Both the position numbers and the translations under genes were made by a program. Positions 42,633-51,808 of a stretch of 63,788 bases of DNA are shown here, piece after piece. The DNA lies in contig SLDA01000221.1 in assembly GCA_007125545.1 (NCBI GenBank), positions 1 through 63,788 of the forward strand, read 5' to 3'. The notes under the pieces were generated by a model that was not told where the DNA came from, ran no database searches, and worked only from the letters and a program-made list of their open reading frames with translations. Within the stretch, counting starts at the first letter, position 1. Each line of letters starts with the position of its first letter. This DNA comes from Thermoflexales bacterium (GTDB lineage Bacteria > Chloroflexota > Anaerolineae > B4-G1 > SLSP01).

Positions 42633-44318
42633 GTGACCGACGAACTTGACGAGTATTTCCCTAGGCCCAAGCAGAGTGAGGTCGCACTGTTGGGCAGTAT
42701 CGTAAGCGGCAGCTTGGGAAAGGGGCTGGAAGCGAGGCTATCTGCCAACCGGTTGATTGAGGGATTGGCAGTCGGACGCTACGTGGTCATCCGGGGGCAA
42801 ACCGGACGGCGCTTCTTCGGGATGATCACAGACGTTGCCCTAGAGACCCGGTATCCTGAAATTGAGCAGTCTCCCCCGGAAGAGCCGGATAACTTCATCG
42901 CCCGCGTCTATCAGGGCACGCTCACCTACGGGCGCCTACACATCACACCGATGCTGGTTCTCGAGGAAGAGGGCGGCGAGGTTCGTCCCGCCAAGACGGT
43001 ACCCGCCCATTTCACCCATGTCTACGAAGCAGATCCCGAAGAGGTGGCAGCAGTATTCGGCGATGCTGATGAGCCAGGGCGATTTCACATCGGCGATCCT
43101 CTTGAGATGCCGGGTACACGAATCGCACTGGATCTGGCACGCTTTGTCGAGCGCTCTAGCGGTATATTCGGCAAGAGCGGCACCGGCAAGACCTTTCTGA
43201 CACGCATGGTGCTCGCGGGAATCATCCAGGAGCGGGTGGCTGTTAATCTCGTCTTCGACATGCATAATGAATATGGCTGGAAGAGCCAGGACGAAGCGAA
43301 GCAGGATGTCAAGGGCTTGCGCCAGCTCTTCTACGACGGACGGGTAAGCGTCTTCACGCTTGATCCCGAGTCATCGCGTCGTCGCAACAGTAAAGTCGAT
43401 TACGTGGTCAAGATCGGCTACGATCAACTCGATCCTGAAGATCTGGAGATGCTGGCCCCACTCTTCGGATTCACCGACGTACAGACCAACGCACTCTACA
43501 TGCTGCGACGTCGTCTGGGCAAGAAGTGGGTCCAGACTTTGCTGGAAGAGGACGAGGAGGACGGCGCATCTCGCGAGGAGGGTTCGAAGGCGCAGCGGCA
43601 ACGCAGCGCCGCATTAACCGATCTGCTTGCAGAGGGACGCCTGCACGAGGGAACGTTGGGCGCCATTCAGCGGAAATTGGAGCAGCTCAGGCGTTTCGCC
43701 TTCCTGGATACTCACGGATCCGGCGAACCCATTCAGCAAATCCTCGATTACCTGGAGAGCGGCAGGAACGTGATCCTGGAGTTCGGACGCTATGGTAACG
43801 CGCTGGAGGCGTACATTCTGGTGGCCAATTATATCACCCGGCGCATCCACCAGGCGTACGTCAAACGCAAAGAGGAGTCTCTGGGGGGGCAGCGGGACGA
43901 GCCCCGCACATTGGTCATCACCATCGAAGAAGCCCACAAATTCCTGGATCCGGCTATCGCAAAACACACCATCTTCGGCACGATTGCGCGCGAGATGCGC
44001 AAATACAATGTTACGCTCTTGATTGTGGACCAGCGACCTAGCGGCATCGAACCAGAGGTCATGAGCCAAGTAGGAACCCGCGTCACCGCGCTGCTCGATG
44101 AAGAGAACGATGTCCGGGCCGTCTTCTCAGGCGTTGCCGGCACCGCGGCCTTACGGGAAGTACTCGCTCGCCTCGAGACCAAACAGCAAGCCCTGATCCT
44201 TGGACACGCGGTTCCCATGCCCATCGTGATTCGAACCCGTGACTATCGTGATGTGACCCAGGAAATCGCGGGGCGTGCAATCGATGCCACGAGTGCGGAA
44301 GCCGCACTGTACGGCTAG
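42633..44318 (+). CDS. HerA-like (DUF87/FtsK-HerA superfamily) P-loop ATPase
   Basis: GGAAGGAG RBS then GTG 42633. N-terminal barrel-like region (GRYVVIRG..GRRFFGMITDV), Walker A GKSGTGKTF, Walker B LVITIEEAHKF, and LLIVDQRPS. Confidence 0.8.
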   Translation: MTDELDEYFPRPKQSEVALLGSIVSGSLGKGLEARLSANRLIEGLAVGRYVVIRGQTGRRFFGMITDVALETRYPEIEQSPPEEPDNFIARVYQGTLTYGRLHITPMLVLEEEGGEVRPAKTVPAHFTHVYEADPEEVAAVFGDADEPGRFHIGDPLEMPGTRIALDLARFVERSSGIFGKSGTGKTFLTRMVLAGIIQERVAVNLVFDMHNEYGWKSQDEAKQDVKGLRQLFYDGRVSVFTLDPESSRRRNSKVDYVVKIGYDQLDPEDLEMLAPLFGFTDVQTNALYMLRRRLGKKWVQTLLEEDEEDGASREEGSKAQRQRSAALTDLLAEGRLHEGTLGAIQRKLEQLRRFAFLDTHGSGEPIQQILDYLESGRNVILEFGRYGNALEAYILVANYITRRIHQAYVKRKEESLGGQRDEPRTLVITIEEAHKFLDPAIAKHTIFGTIAREMRKYNVTLLIVDQRPSGIEPEVMSQVGTRVTALLDEENDVRAVFSGVAGTAALREVLARLETKQQALILGHAVPMPIVIRTRDYRDVTQEIAGRAIDATSAEAALYG

Positions 44319-44346
44319 CCCCGTTTTGGGCTGACAAGGAGGTAGA

Positions 44347-45324
44347 GTGGACGAGAACGTCTTTGCGACACACACGCGTCTAAAAGGATGTCCCCCTGCG
44401 CTGTTGATGTACATCATCTATCGCCGCATCAAGGAACTCGGACCCAAGCCCACCTGGTTGTGGCTCAAAGACAAGTTGAAACGACGGAGCCTTGGTTTCT
44501 CCCCTCCCGAAATCAGCAGAGTGACCCAACAGATCTACGTGGGGGGACAACATAAGCGCCATGGGCTTCAAGCTATGCGTGAGCACGGCATCACCGCAGT
44601 GGTGAATATGCGGGAGGAGTTCGATGACGCGGAGAAAGGCCTGCTCCTTGATCACTACCTGTGGCTGCCCACGACCGATGATGCTCCGCCAAGTCTGCGG
44701 GATCTGAATCGGGGCGTCGACTTCATCGAGAGCCAGGCGGCACAAGGCGAGAGTGTGTACATTCACTGTGCATCAGGTGTTGGGCGTGCTCCCACGATGG
44801 CAGCCGCCTATCTCGTTCGACAAGGGGCTACGCCAGAGGAGGCCTGGAAGAAAATTCAGGAAGGGCGTCCCTTTGTGCGCCCCGCACCCTTACAGGTGGA
44901 GGTCATCCGGACCTTTGCGATGCAAGAGCAAGTAGAGGAGCCTATGACAGAGGACACTTCAAAGCCGGAAGGAAGCGAGGAACCAGAAGCACGGGCTGAA
45001 GCCAATGCGGCAACCACGTCCGACGAGGATCTCGAACTGCGCGCTCAAGTGGCGTGCGAGCGCATTATCGAGGATCCTAACCTGACCAGTGCTTTGACTG
45101 ATGAGCCGGCGACCGTCTTACTGCGTTGGGCAGAAGATCGAGCCCAGCGGATGGCATTGAAGACGGCCGGACAGGATGAAGAGAGCGCATGGGAAACACT
45201 TGACGCCGAGCTACGTCCGCTGCGACATCAGGTGCGCGAAATGGCGGAAGCCGCTGCGGATTCACCCGATCCCGTTGCAACGATCCAGAAGCTCATCGAC
45301 GAACAAGCCGATCCGGAGAGCTAA
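44347..45324 (+). CDS. Dual-specificity (Cys-based) phosphatase with an acidic C-terminal extension
   Basis: Active-site HCASGVGRAP (C-x5-R) preceded by WLPTTDD (D-loop). GTG start follows AGGAGG. Confidence 0.8.
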   Translation: MDENVFATHTRLKGCPPALLMYIIYRRIKELGPKPTWLWLKDKLKRRSLGFSPPEISRVTQQIYVGGQHKRHGLQAMREHGITAVVNMREEFDDAEKGLLLDHYLWLPTTDDAPPSLRDLNRGVDFIESQAAQGESVYIHCASGVGRAPTMAAAYLVRQGATPEEAWKKIQEGRPFVRPAPLQVEVIRTFAMQEQVEEPMTEDTSKPEGSEEPEARAEANAATTSDEDLELRAQVACERIIEDPNLTSALTDEPATVLLRWAEDRAQRMALKTAGQDEESAWETLDAELRPLRHQVREMAEAAADSPDPVATIQKLIDEQADPES

Positions 45325-45326
45325 CG

Positions 45327-46430
45327 ATGACCAAACGTAACAGCAAGAAGCAGATCGGTATCAAAGAAGTCCTCCTATCCCTAGTTCTGATCGTGGTCCT
45401 GTGGGTGGGACAGGAATACCTGGACCTCGATCTGGCTAATGGGACACCCATTATCGAAGCCGAACCTACGGGTGCGCTGCAAGTCTATTTCACCGCGCCG
45501 CGTTACCCGGATACGGGGGATCGGACAGGCGGCCTGGACATGAAGCTTGTCGCAGCCATTGACCGTGCACGAGAACGCGTGGATATCGCGGCATTCGAGC
45601 TCAACCTTCCTACCGTCACAGAAGCGCTGATCCGAGCGCATCAGCGAGGCGTTCGAGTACGTTTGGTGACCGAGAGCGATTATGACGATAGACTGGGGCC
45701 GATCGAATTGCGCCGGGCTGGGATTCCAGTCGTAACTGATAGCCGCTCTGGGTTTATGCACAACAAATTCGTGGTCATAGACGGACAGGAAACGTGGACG
45801 GGATCGTGGAATTTCACAGTAAATTGCACCTTCCGAAACAACAACAACGCACTTGTCATTCAGTCGCCGTTGATGGCAGCCAACTATATGGCGGAATTTG
45901 ACGAGATGTTTGAGCGAGGTGAGTTCGGCCCTACGTCCACGGATGACACGCCCCATCCGTTCATCGATCTGAACGGAATCCAAATCGAGACCATTTTCGA
46001 GTCAGAGGGAGACTCCCGCACACGGATGATCGAGCTCATCAATGAGAGCGATTCCAGCATTGCGTTCATGGCCTTCGTCTTCACAGATAGCGATATTGCG
46101 CAGGCTATCATCGACCGTCATCGCGCAGGCGTACACGTGATGGGGGTGATGGAGTCACGTAACATCGGAGGCCTTGGTTCAGAATTTGAGACGTTCGAAC
46201 GGGCAGGGATCGATGTCTTTAGAGATGGAAATCCCTACGCACTTCATCACAAGGTTATCATCCTGGATGAGTCCGTCGTGATTACGGGTTCCTATAATTT
46301 CAGCGCCAATGCTGCCAGAAACAATGACGAAAATGTATTGATTATCCACAGTCCGGATGTAGCTGCCATTTACCTGGAAGAGTTCGACCGGGCTTACGAT
46401 GAGGCGGTGGATGCGGCACGAAATAACTAA
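45327..46430 (+). CDS. Phospholipase D-superfamily protein with two HKD motifs and an N-terminal membrane anchor
   Basis: HNKFVVIDGQETWTGSWNFT and HHKVIILDESVVITGSYNFS. N-terminal KK-rich segment followed by VLLSLVLIVVLWVG. The ATG lies 2 nt after the upstream stop. Confidence 0.85.
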   Translation: MTKRNSKKQIGIKEVLLSLVLIVVLWVGQEYLDLDLANGTPIIEAEPTGALQVYFTAPRYPDTGDRTGGLDMKLVAAIDRARERVDIAAFELNLPTVTEALIRAHQRGVRVRLVTESDYDDRLGPIELRRAGIPVVTDSRSGFMHNKFVVIDGQETWTGSWNFTVNCTFRNNNNALVIQSPLMAANYMAEFDEMFERGEFGPTSTDDTPHPFIDLNGIQIETIFESEGDSRTRMIELINESDSSIAFMAFVFTDSDIAQAIIDRHRAGVHVMGVMESRNIGGLGSEFETFERAGIDVFRDGNPYALHHKVIILDESVVITGSYNFSANAARNNDENVLIIHSPDVAAIYLEEFDRAYDEAVDAARNN

Positions 46431-46463
46431 GAGCAGAAGAAACTACCTACAGGAGGTGAAACA

Positions 46464-46991
46464 GTGAGCGAAAATAGGACCGATCTACAAGGCACACGTC
46501 TGAAGTGGGCAGGGATCATCCTTTGCTTTCTCCTGGTCTTGGCAATGACCTGTGCCGGCAGCTTTCTATGGGGCGGTATGGTTGGATTTGCCATTGGCCG
46601 GGCATCTACAGTGCACCGGTATATTCGTCCACACACTTTTGAGCGTTCACCAGTTGAGCCCTTTCCCAGCATTCCCCGACAGCCATTTCATACTGACAGC
46701 GCCTGGTTGGGCGTCCATTATCAAATGCAGGAAAGAGGAGCCCTGGTAACGGGAGTGTTTGACGGCAGCCCGGCAGAGGAAGGGGGACTCCAAACTGGTG
46801 ACATCATTGTCCGCGTAGATGGGCGCTATGTAGACGCCACACTCTCTCTCGGCGATGTCATACAAGCCTATCGCCCTGGCGATCGGATCGCTATGACGAT
46901 CTTACGTGAGGGGCGCGAGCAGGTAGTGCGCGTACAACTGGGGGTCCGGATGCAGAATCCGGTGCCGCTTGTGCCAGATTCAGGTGGGTAG
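46464..46991 (+). CDS. Membrane-anchored PDZ-domain protein
   Basis: AGGAGG RBS then GTG. TM helix(es), then a PDZ-like GALVTGVFDGSPAEEGGLQTGDIIVRVDG. Confidence 0.7.
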   Translation: MSENRTDLQGTRLKWAGIILCFLLVLAMTCAGSFLWGGMVGFAIGRASTVHRYIRPHTFERSPVEPFPSIPRQPFHTDSAWLGVHYQMQERGALVTGVFDGSPAEEGGLQTGDIIVRVDGRYVDATLSLGDVIQAYRPGDRIAMTILREGREQVVRVQLGVRMQNPVPLVPDSGG

Positions 46992-47055
46992 ACGATCACG
47001 AGGATTCAAGCGCAGCTTGCTCGAAAGGAATGCAGGGCATACTAGCATTTTGAGG

Positions 47056-48249
47056 TCATCCGCTGCCCGGGATCCGAATGCCTTCTTGCTCGAGCAGATC
47101 CGTATACAGAGCCTCGATGTCCCCGACCATCCGATCTAAGCTGAACTCTTGGATCGCACGCTCCCTTCCGCGTCTGCCCATCTCCCGTCGCAGTTGTGGA
47201 TTCCGCAGAAGCCGGCTGCAGGCCTCGGCCATACTATCGAGACAGCCTGGATCGCAAAGGAAGCCGGTAATCCCATCATCGATGGCTTCCACCGTGCCAT
47301 CCGCCCGATTTGCTATCACCGGGACTCTCATCGACAACGACTGAGGAATGACACGGGGTAACCCCTCCCACAGCGAAGTCAGCAAGAAGACGTCTATTGC
47401 CGAGAGTAGGCGGGGCACATCGCGACGTAGGCCGGTTAAGATCGTCCTCTCCCTGATACCGGCAGCCGCCAGCGCAGCCTCGACCTCCGCTCGCAACGGT
47501 CCGTCGCCTACGAGAAGGAAGTGGACGTCGGGCACAGCCTGCGCCACGCGTCGCGCCACCTCTACCCACGCGAGCGGGTTCTTCTGCGCCGAAAAGCGCC
47601 CGACATTGCCCAAAACAGGAACGTCAAGGGGCAGTCCCAATTCGCGACGTACCGCAGTGCCATCCACGGCTTCAGGGTCAAACGCCTCCAATGGGATAGC
47701 GCTGCGGATCAGATGATACTGCCCGGCGCGACCAATGCCCTCTGCCAGTCCCTTGTCAATGTCTGGCTGGGCCACAACGACTATGGCATCGGTGAAACGC
47801 GCCACGAACCGTTCCAGCATCACATACTGACGCCGGCGGTGAAGAGACATGTGCGCGTGAAAACTCCAACCATGAACTGTCTGCACGATAACCGGCGCGC
47901 CTGCGAGACGTGCCGCGATACGTCCCAGGATGCCGGCTTTGGAACTATGCGTATGGACGATCGCGAAACGGCCTGCACGAATGAGCCGCCGCAAGCTGTA
48001 AAGAGCCGACAAATCCTGGCAGGGGACAATCTCCCGCAGAAGCGTAGGCAAAATATGCAAAGGCACGCCCAGCGCCCCCACCTCTTCAATCAGGCTACCC
48101 TCGCTACCTGTCTGGGGCCCGCTGATCACCTCCACGCGGAAGCGGTCAGAATCCACCCGCGCGGCAGTGTACATCGTATTCTCTTGCGCGCCGCCGACGA
48201 TGAGGCGGGTGATGATGTGAAGCACCGGAATGCTGGAACTCATCAACAA
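47056..48249 (-). CDS. Glycosyltransferase family 4
   Basis: GT-B pattern: N-terminal GGAQ, HTHSSKAG, and C-terminal SLWEGLPRVIPQSLSMRVPVIA. Confidence 0.8.
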   Translation of the reverse strand: MLMSSSIPVLHIITRLIVGGAQENTMYTAARVDSDRFRVEVISGPQTGSEGSLIEEVGALGVPLHILPTLLREIVPCQDLSALYSLRRLIRAGRFAIVHTHSSKAGILGRIAARLAGAPVIVQTVHGWSFHAHMSLHRRRQYVMLERFVARFTDAIVVVAQPDIDKGLAEGIGRAGQYHLIRSAIPLEAFDPEAVDGTAVRRELGLPLDVPVLGNVGRFSAQKNPLAWVEVARRVAQAVPDVHFLLVGDGPLRAEVEAALAAAGIRERTILTGLRRDVPRLLSAIDVFLLTSLWEGLPRVIPQSLSMRVPVIANRADGTVEAIDDGITGFLCDPGCLDSMAEACSRLLRNPQLRREMGRRGRERAIQEFSLDRMVGDIEALYTDLLEQEGIRIPGSG

Positions 48250-48279
48250 TCCCTCCGTCGCACGCCGTTCAACATATGC

Positions 48280-49428
48280 TCATCCTTCGATACCCCGAAT
48301 AGCCATAAGGCGACGATAGACCTCGAGCGTCTCCTTAGCCGTTCTCTTCCAATCAAAAGACGCGGCCCAGCCGGCGGCTTGGCCGGCAAGCTGTCGACGC
48401 AGAGCTTCGTCGTCAGCAAGTCGATCCAACGCCGCTGCAATCTCGTTTGTGTCAGTCGGATCTACCTGGAGGCTGTGAGGCCCTGCGATCTCACCCGTAG
48501 CCGTGGTCGAGGAAGCGATGACGGGCGTGCCACACGCCATTGCCTCCAGGATGGGAAGGCCGAAACCTTCATAAAGTGAAACCAACACGAAGATATCTGC
48601 AGCCGTGTAAAGCCCAACAAGGTCCTCGAACGTGGCAGTGGTCACAAAGTGGACAGCATCTTCTAGCCCAAGTGATCGGATGCAGTTCTCTGGCTCAACA
48701 TAGTCGCTGTAGGCCTGTCCCACGATCACGAGGTCGTGAGTAGTGCGGCTGTCGCTACGCGCGTAGGCATCAATGAGACCCACGTGGTTTTTGTGCGGTC
48801 GGCGCTCGCCCACGGTCAGGATGAAAGGGCGGTGTATCTTGTAACGCCGCTTAACCAGTGCGACGTCTTCCGCCGTCGCTGGCCGGAACCGAGGATCTGC
48901 AGCCAAATGAACGACCTTTCCCTGACCGGCCGCCATGCTAAACAGCCTTTGCATATCCGCAGCCGTCGCGCGAGAAATGAACAGGACTGCGCTAGCTCGT
49001 TTCAAGGTCGCACGAAAAGCTAGACGCATATACATGCGCTTTACTACATTGAGATGAGTGATGAAATCGGGCCGGACTAGATACTTAGCATCGTGAACCG
49101 TGGCGACAACCGGAACCCGTTCTGAGAGAACCGGCGCATCGAAATGCGGATAATGAATCAGGTCCGCACTGACAAGCTTCGCGAAACGCGGCACAGCGAG
49201 CTGTTGACGCCACGACATATGCGGAAGCCGGCTCATATGGAGAGTGAGGTTGGGCGCTTGCCATGTCTCTATGCCATAGTCGGGCCAGGTATCAGGTCGT
49301 CTGAGAACGTGAAAATGGATGTCAGGGGCTTGCGCTATCATCTCAGGGAGAAGAGATGTGTTGTACTGGCCAATGCCTGTGGGCCAAGGCAAGATCAGAC
49401 GCGCATCGAAGAGCACAGAGCGGTTCAA
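48280..49428 (-). CDS. Glycosyltransferase family 4/1
   Basis: C-terminal [23 protein letters not shown]. Confidence 0.85.
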   Translation of the reverse strand: MNRSVLFDARLILPWPTGIGQYNTSLLPEMIAQAPDIHFHVLRRPDTWPDYGIETWQAPNLTLHMSRLPHMSWRQQLAVPRFAKLVSADLIHYPHFDAPVLSERVPVVATVHDAKYLVRPDFITHLNVVKRMYMRLAFRATLKRASAVLFISRATAADMQRLFSMAAGQGKVVHLAADPRFRPATAEDVALVKRRYKIHRPFILTVGERRPHKNHVGLIDAYARSDSRTTHDLVIVGQAYSDYVEPENCIRSLGLEDAVHFVTTATFEDLVGLYTAADIFVLVSLYEGFGLPILEAMACGTPVIASSTTATGEIAGPHSLQVDPTDTNEIAAALDRLADDEALRRQLAGQAAGWAASFDWKRTAKETLEVYRRLMAIRGIEG

Positions 49429-50600
49429 GACAGCAGGTCCTCGTATAAATCGATCAGCTTTTGAAGCTCTACATCAGCGTTAAGGATCTTGCGCGCCTGG
49501 ATGGCGTTCCTCTTCATCTGATCGATGTCAGCAGCAGTATGTGCCGCAAGCAATCGCGCCATGGTCGCGGGCAACAGATCGGAAGCAACGATCCCAAGCT
49601 TTTCACGGCAGACTAGATGCGCCATACCCGGTGACGGCCCGACACAGACCGCGAGCCCGGCAGCGATGAACTCAAATAGCTTATTGGGGAGCGCTTGGGC
49701 ATAGTTATAGTTGATGGAGGGTAAAGGGAAAATCCCTACATCGAATTCAGAGATGCGTTCCACTATCTGAGTAGGGCTAACAGGCGGGTGAAAGTGTACC
49801 CGACCTGGCACGCATCTTTCAGCCAAGGCACGAAGCTCTTCGATATAGCCAGGACTCCGGTCCACCAGCATAAAATGTAAGGTGTAAGGGTCGGGAAGTA
49901 GGGCTACGGTTTCGATCATAAGCTCTAGCTGTCGGTCCCGCTGCGCATGGCCGTGATGCACCAAGCGGATGTTGTCCGGATCCGTAGCTCTGAAGGATAT
50001 CTCTGATGGCAGCTTTGGGGCGTTCATGATAACTATAGGATTGATGGCGTACTCGGTCCGGTACCGGTCCGCGATGACCTCGCTTACAGTAATGCTAGCG
50101 GCCGTCGCACTGAGATACTTGTGCAGAAAGTACTCAACAGCAGGTTTGTAGAAAGCCCGCCAATAAGGGCGGTTCTCCCGCATAAGAGGAGCATATTCGT
50201 GAAGATCGCTTACTACTCGAGCACCGATTAACCCAGCTGCACGCACGGCTACCGGAAGAGACTCCCAATCATTGGCATGGATGGCCAAGGGGCGCAGGTC
50301 ACACAGGAAATCATAAGCAGTGCTAAATTCTCCCTCCATCCAGTACCATGTTTCATAAGCACGGGGACTTGCGAACTTCGCCAACGGCAGCCAAAACGCT
50401 TTGCGAAGGCGCCGGGCGCGGCTTGGCGGCGCTTGAATCGAGTACATAGAGACCCGATCGGAGAGCTGTGCAGGCAACTCTCCATATCCAATAACACTGA
50501 CATCAAAGTGAGGCGACAGGTATTGGATCTGTCGCAGCACCCGGCCATCCCGCTGGATATCGGAAAAAGATAGGATGACGATCTGAGCCTTACCGTTCAT
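49425..50600 (-). CDS. GT-B-like putative glycosyltransferase (paralog 1 of a tandem pair)
   Basis: Roughly 40-50 percent identical by eye to the adjacent 397-aa protein (shared RVLRQI.YLS.HF, IHANDW..LPVAVRA, LHEYAP, IRLVHHG, ALPNK.F.FIAAGLAVC.GPSP). 4-nt overlaps at both ends. Confidence 0.6.
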   Translation of the reverse strand: MNGKAQIVILSFSDIQRDGRVLRQIQYLSPHFDVSVIGYGELPAQLSDRVSMYSIQAPPSRARRLRKAFWLPLAKFASPRAYETWYWMEGEFSTAYDFLCDLRPLAIHANDWESLPVAVRAAGLIGARVVSDLHEYAPLMRENRPYWRAFYKPAVEYFLHKYLSATAASITVSEVIADRYRTEYAINPIVIMNAPKLPSEISFRATDPDNIRLVHHGHAQRDRQLELMIETVALLPDPYTLHFMLVDRSPGYIEELRALAERCVPGRVHFHPPVSPTQIVERISEFDVGIFPLPSINYNYAQALPNKLFEFIAAGLAVCVGPSPGMAHLVCREKLGIVASDLLPATMARLLAAHTAADIDQMKRNAIQARKILNADVELQKLIDLYEDLLS

Positions 50601-51790
50601 CGAGAACCCTTTTTCTGAGTCAAATCCATATAGAGATCAACCAGCCGCGCCATCTCTACGTCTGCATTTAGCGTTTGGTGACACTCAATCGCAACCGTTT
50701 TCATGTCATTCACATCAGCGGTGCTTAGCGCATTTAGGGCTTGGGCGGCAGCATAAGGCGTAAAGTCTGCTGCGACGACGCCAAATCCATATTGGCCTAT
50801 CATGCGCGCCATTTCGGGCGATGGTCCAATGCATACAGCCAGACCAGCAGCAATGAAGTCAAAGAACTTGTTGGGAAGTGCAGCGGCTTGATTGAAGCAG
50901 ATAGGAGGCAACAGATAAAAACCCATATCGAACTCTGATATTCGTGAGACGATTGCCTGCGGTCTTACGGCTGGATGGAAGAAAACCTTTGTCGGCGCAA
51001 TGCGTTGAGCCAGTGATTTCAACTTTGAAACATATGCTGAAGTAGAGTTAATAAGCAGGAAATGTAAGGTATACCGTGAATCCGTATGTGCCATGGTTCT
51101 GATGAGCAGGTCCAGACGGCGTGCCGGTCTAGCAGCTCCATGATGAACCAGGCGAATATGCTGTGCGTCAGTGGGAACCAGTTTGATCGCCGGATTGTAA
51201 GTCGGAGCATTCATCACCACTTGTGGATCTAAGCCATACACCTGCCGGTACTTTTCGGCAATACTACGACTAACCGTCACAGTCGCCGTGGCCTGCGCAC
51301 TATAGGTACGGATGAAGTAGTCAGCCATAGAATTAAAGAACAACCCGTGATAGCTGCAGCGGGCATACTGCAGAGGCGCGTACTCGTGCAGATCCAGGAT
51401 GATGTGCGCTCGCGATCTCTGCATCGCACGTACGGCGACGGGTAGAGCGTGCCAATCATTAGCGTGAATAAAATCGGGCTGCGTTTCGTTCAGTAAACTG
51501 AGAAAGATCTGCCTATCGAAGCGCTGCCAGTACCAGGACTCATATGCCCAAGCAGGAAGGAGGCGCCCCAGAGGTAGATAAAGCAAGCTGCGAGCTTTGC
51601 GACCCAGGCCAAGTCCTTGTGGGGGAGCAACGGCGTGATACTCAACGCCGGACGGCACGCTTTCCAGTGGACCATAACCTATGACGATGAGCCGGAAATG
51701 CTCAGAGAGATAGCTGATTTGCCTGAGCACACGGGCATCACGCCGGATGGGAGAGAAGGCCAGCACTGTAACAGTAGGTCTAGATGCCAT
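50597..51790 (-). CDS. GT-B-like putative glycosyltransferase (paralog 2 of a tandem pair)
   Basis: See paralog 1; collinear similarity over the full length. Confidence 0.6.
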   Translation of the reverse strand: MASRPTVTVLAFSPIRRDARVLRQISYLSEHFRLIVIGYGPLESVPSGVEYHAVAPPQGLGLGRKARSLLYLPLGRLLPAWAYESWYWQRFDRQIFLSLLNETQPDFIHANDWHALPVAVRAMQRSRAHIILDLHEYAPLQYARCSYHGLFFNSMADYFIRTYSAQATATVTVSRSIAEKYRQVYGLDPQVVMNAPTYNPAIKLVPTDAQHIRLVHHGAARPARRLDLLIRTMAHTDSRYTLHFLLINSTSAYVSKLKSLAQRIAPTKVFFHPAVRPQAIVSRISEFDMGFYLLPPICFNQAAALPNKFFDFIAAGLAVCIGPSPEMARMIGQYGFGVVAADFTPYAAAQALNALSTADVNDMKTVAIECHQTLNADVEMARLVDLYMDLTQKKGSR

Positions 51791-51808
51791 AGAGGACTCT
51801 CGGTACCG

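Noticed and set aside
45381-45983. 200-aa minus-strand ORF inside the PLD gene
   Set aside because: It is antisense to a gene carrying two clear HKD motifs and has no features of its own.
47521-48579. 352-aa plus-strand ORF spanning two glycosyltransferase genes
   Set aside because: It is entirely antisense to two well-supported GT4 genes. Its composition is Arg/Ala/Pro/His-rich, there is no RBS, and it has no recognisable motifs. This is a typical shadow ORF in GC-rich DNA.
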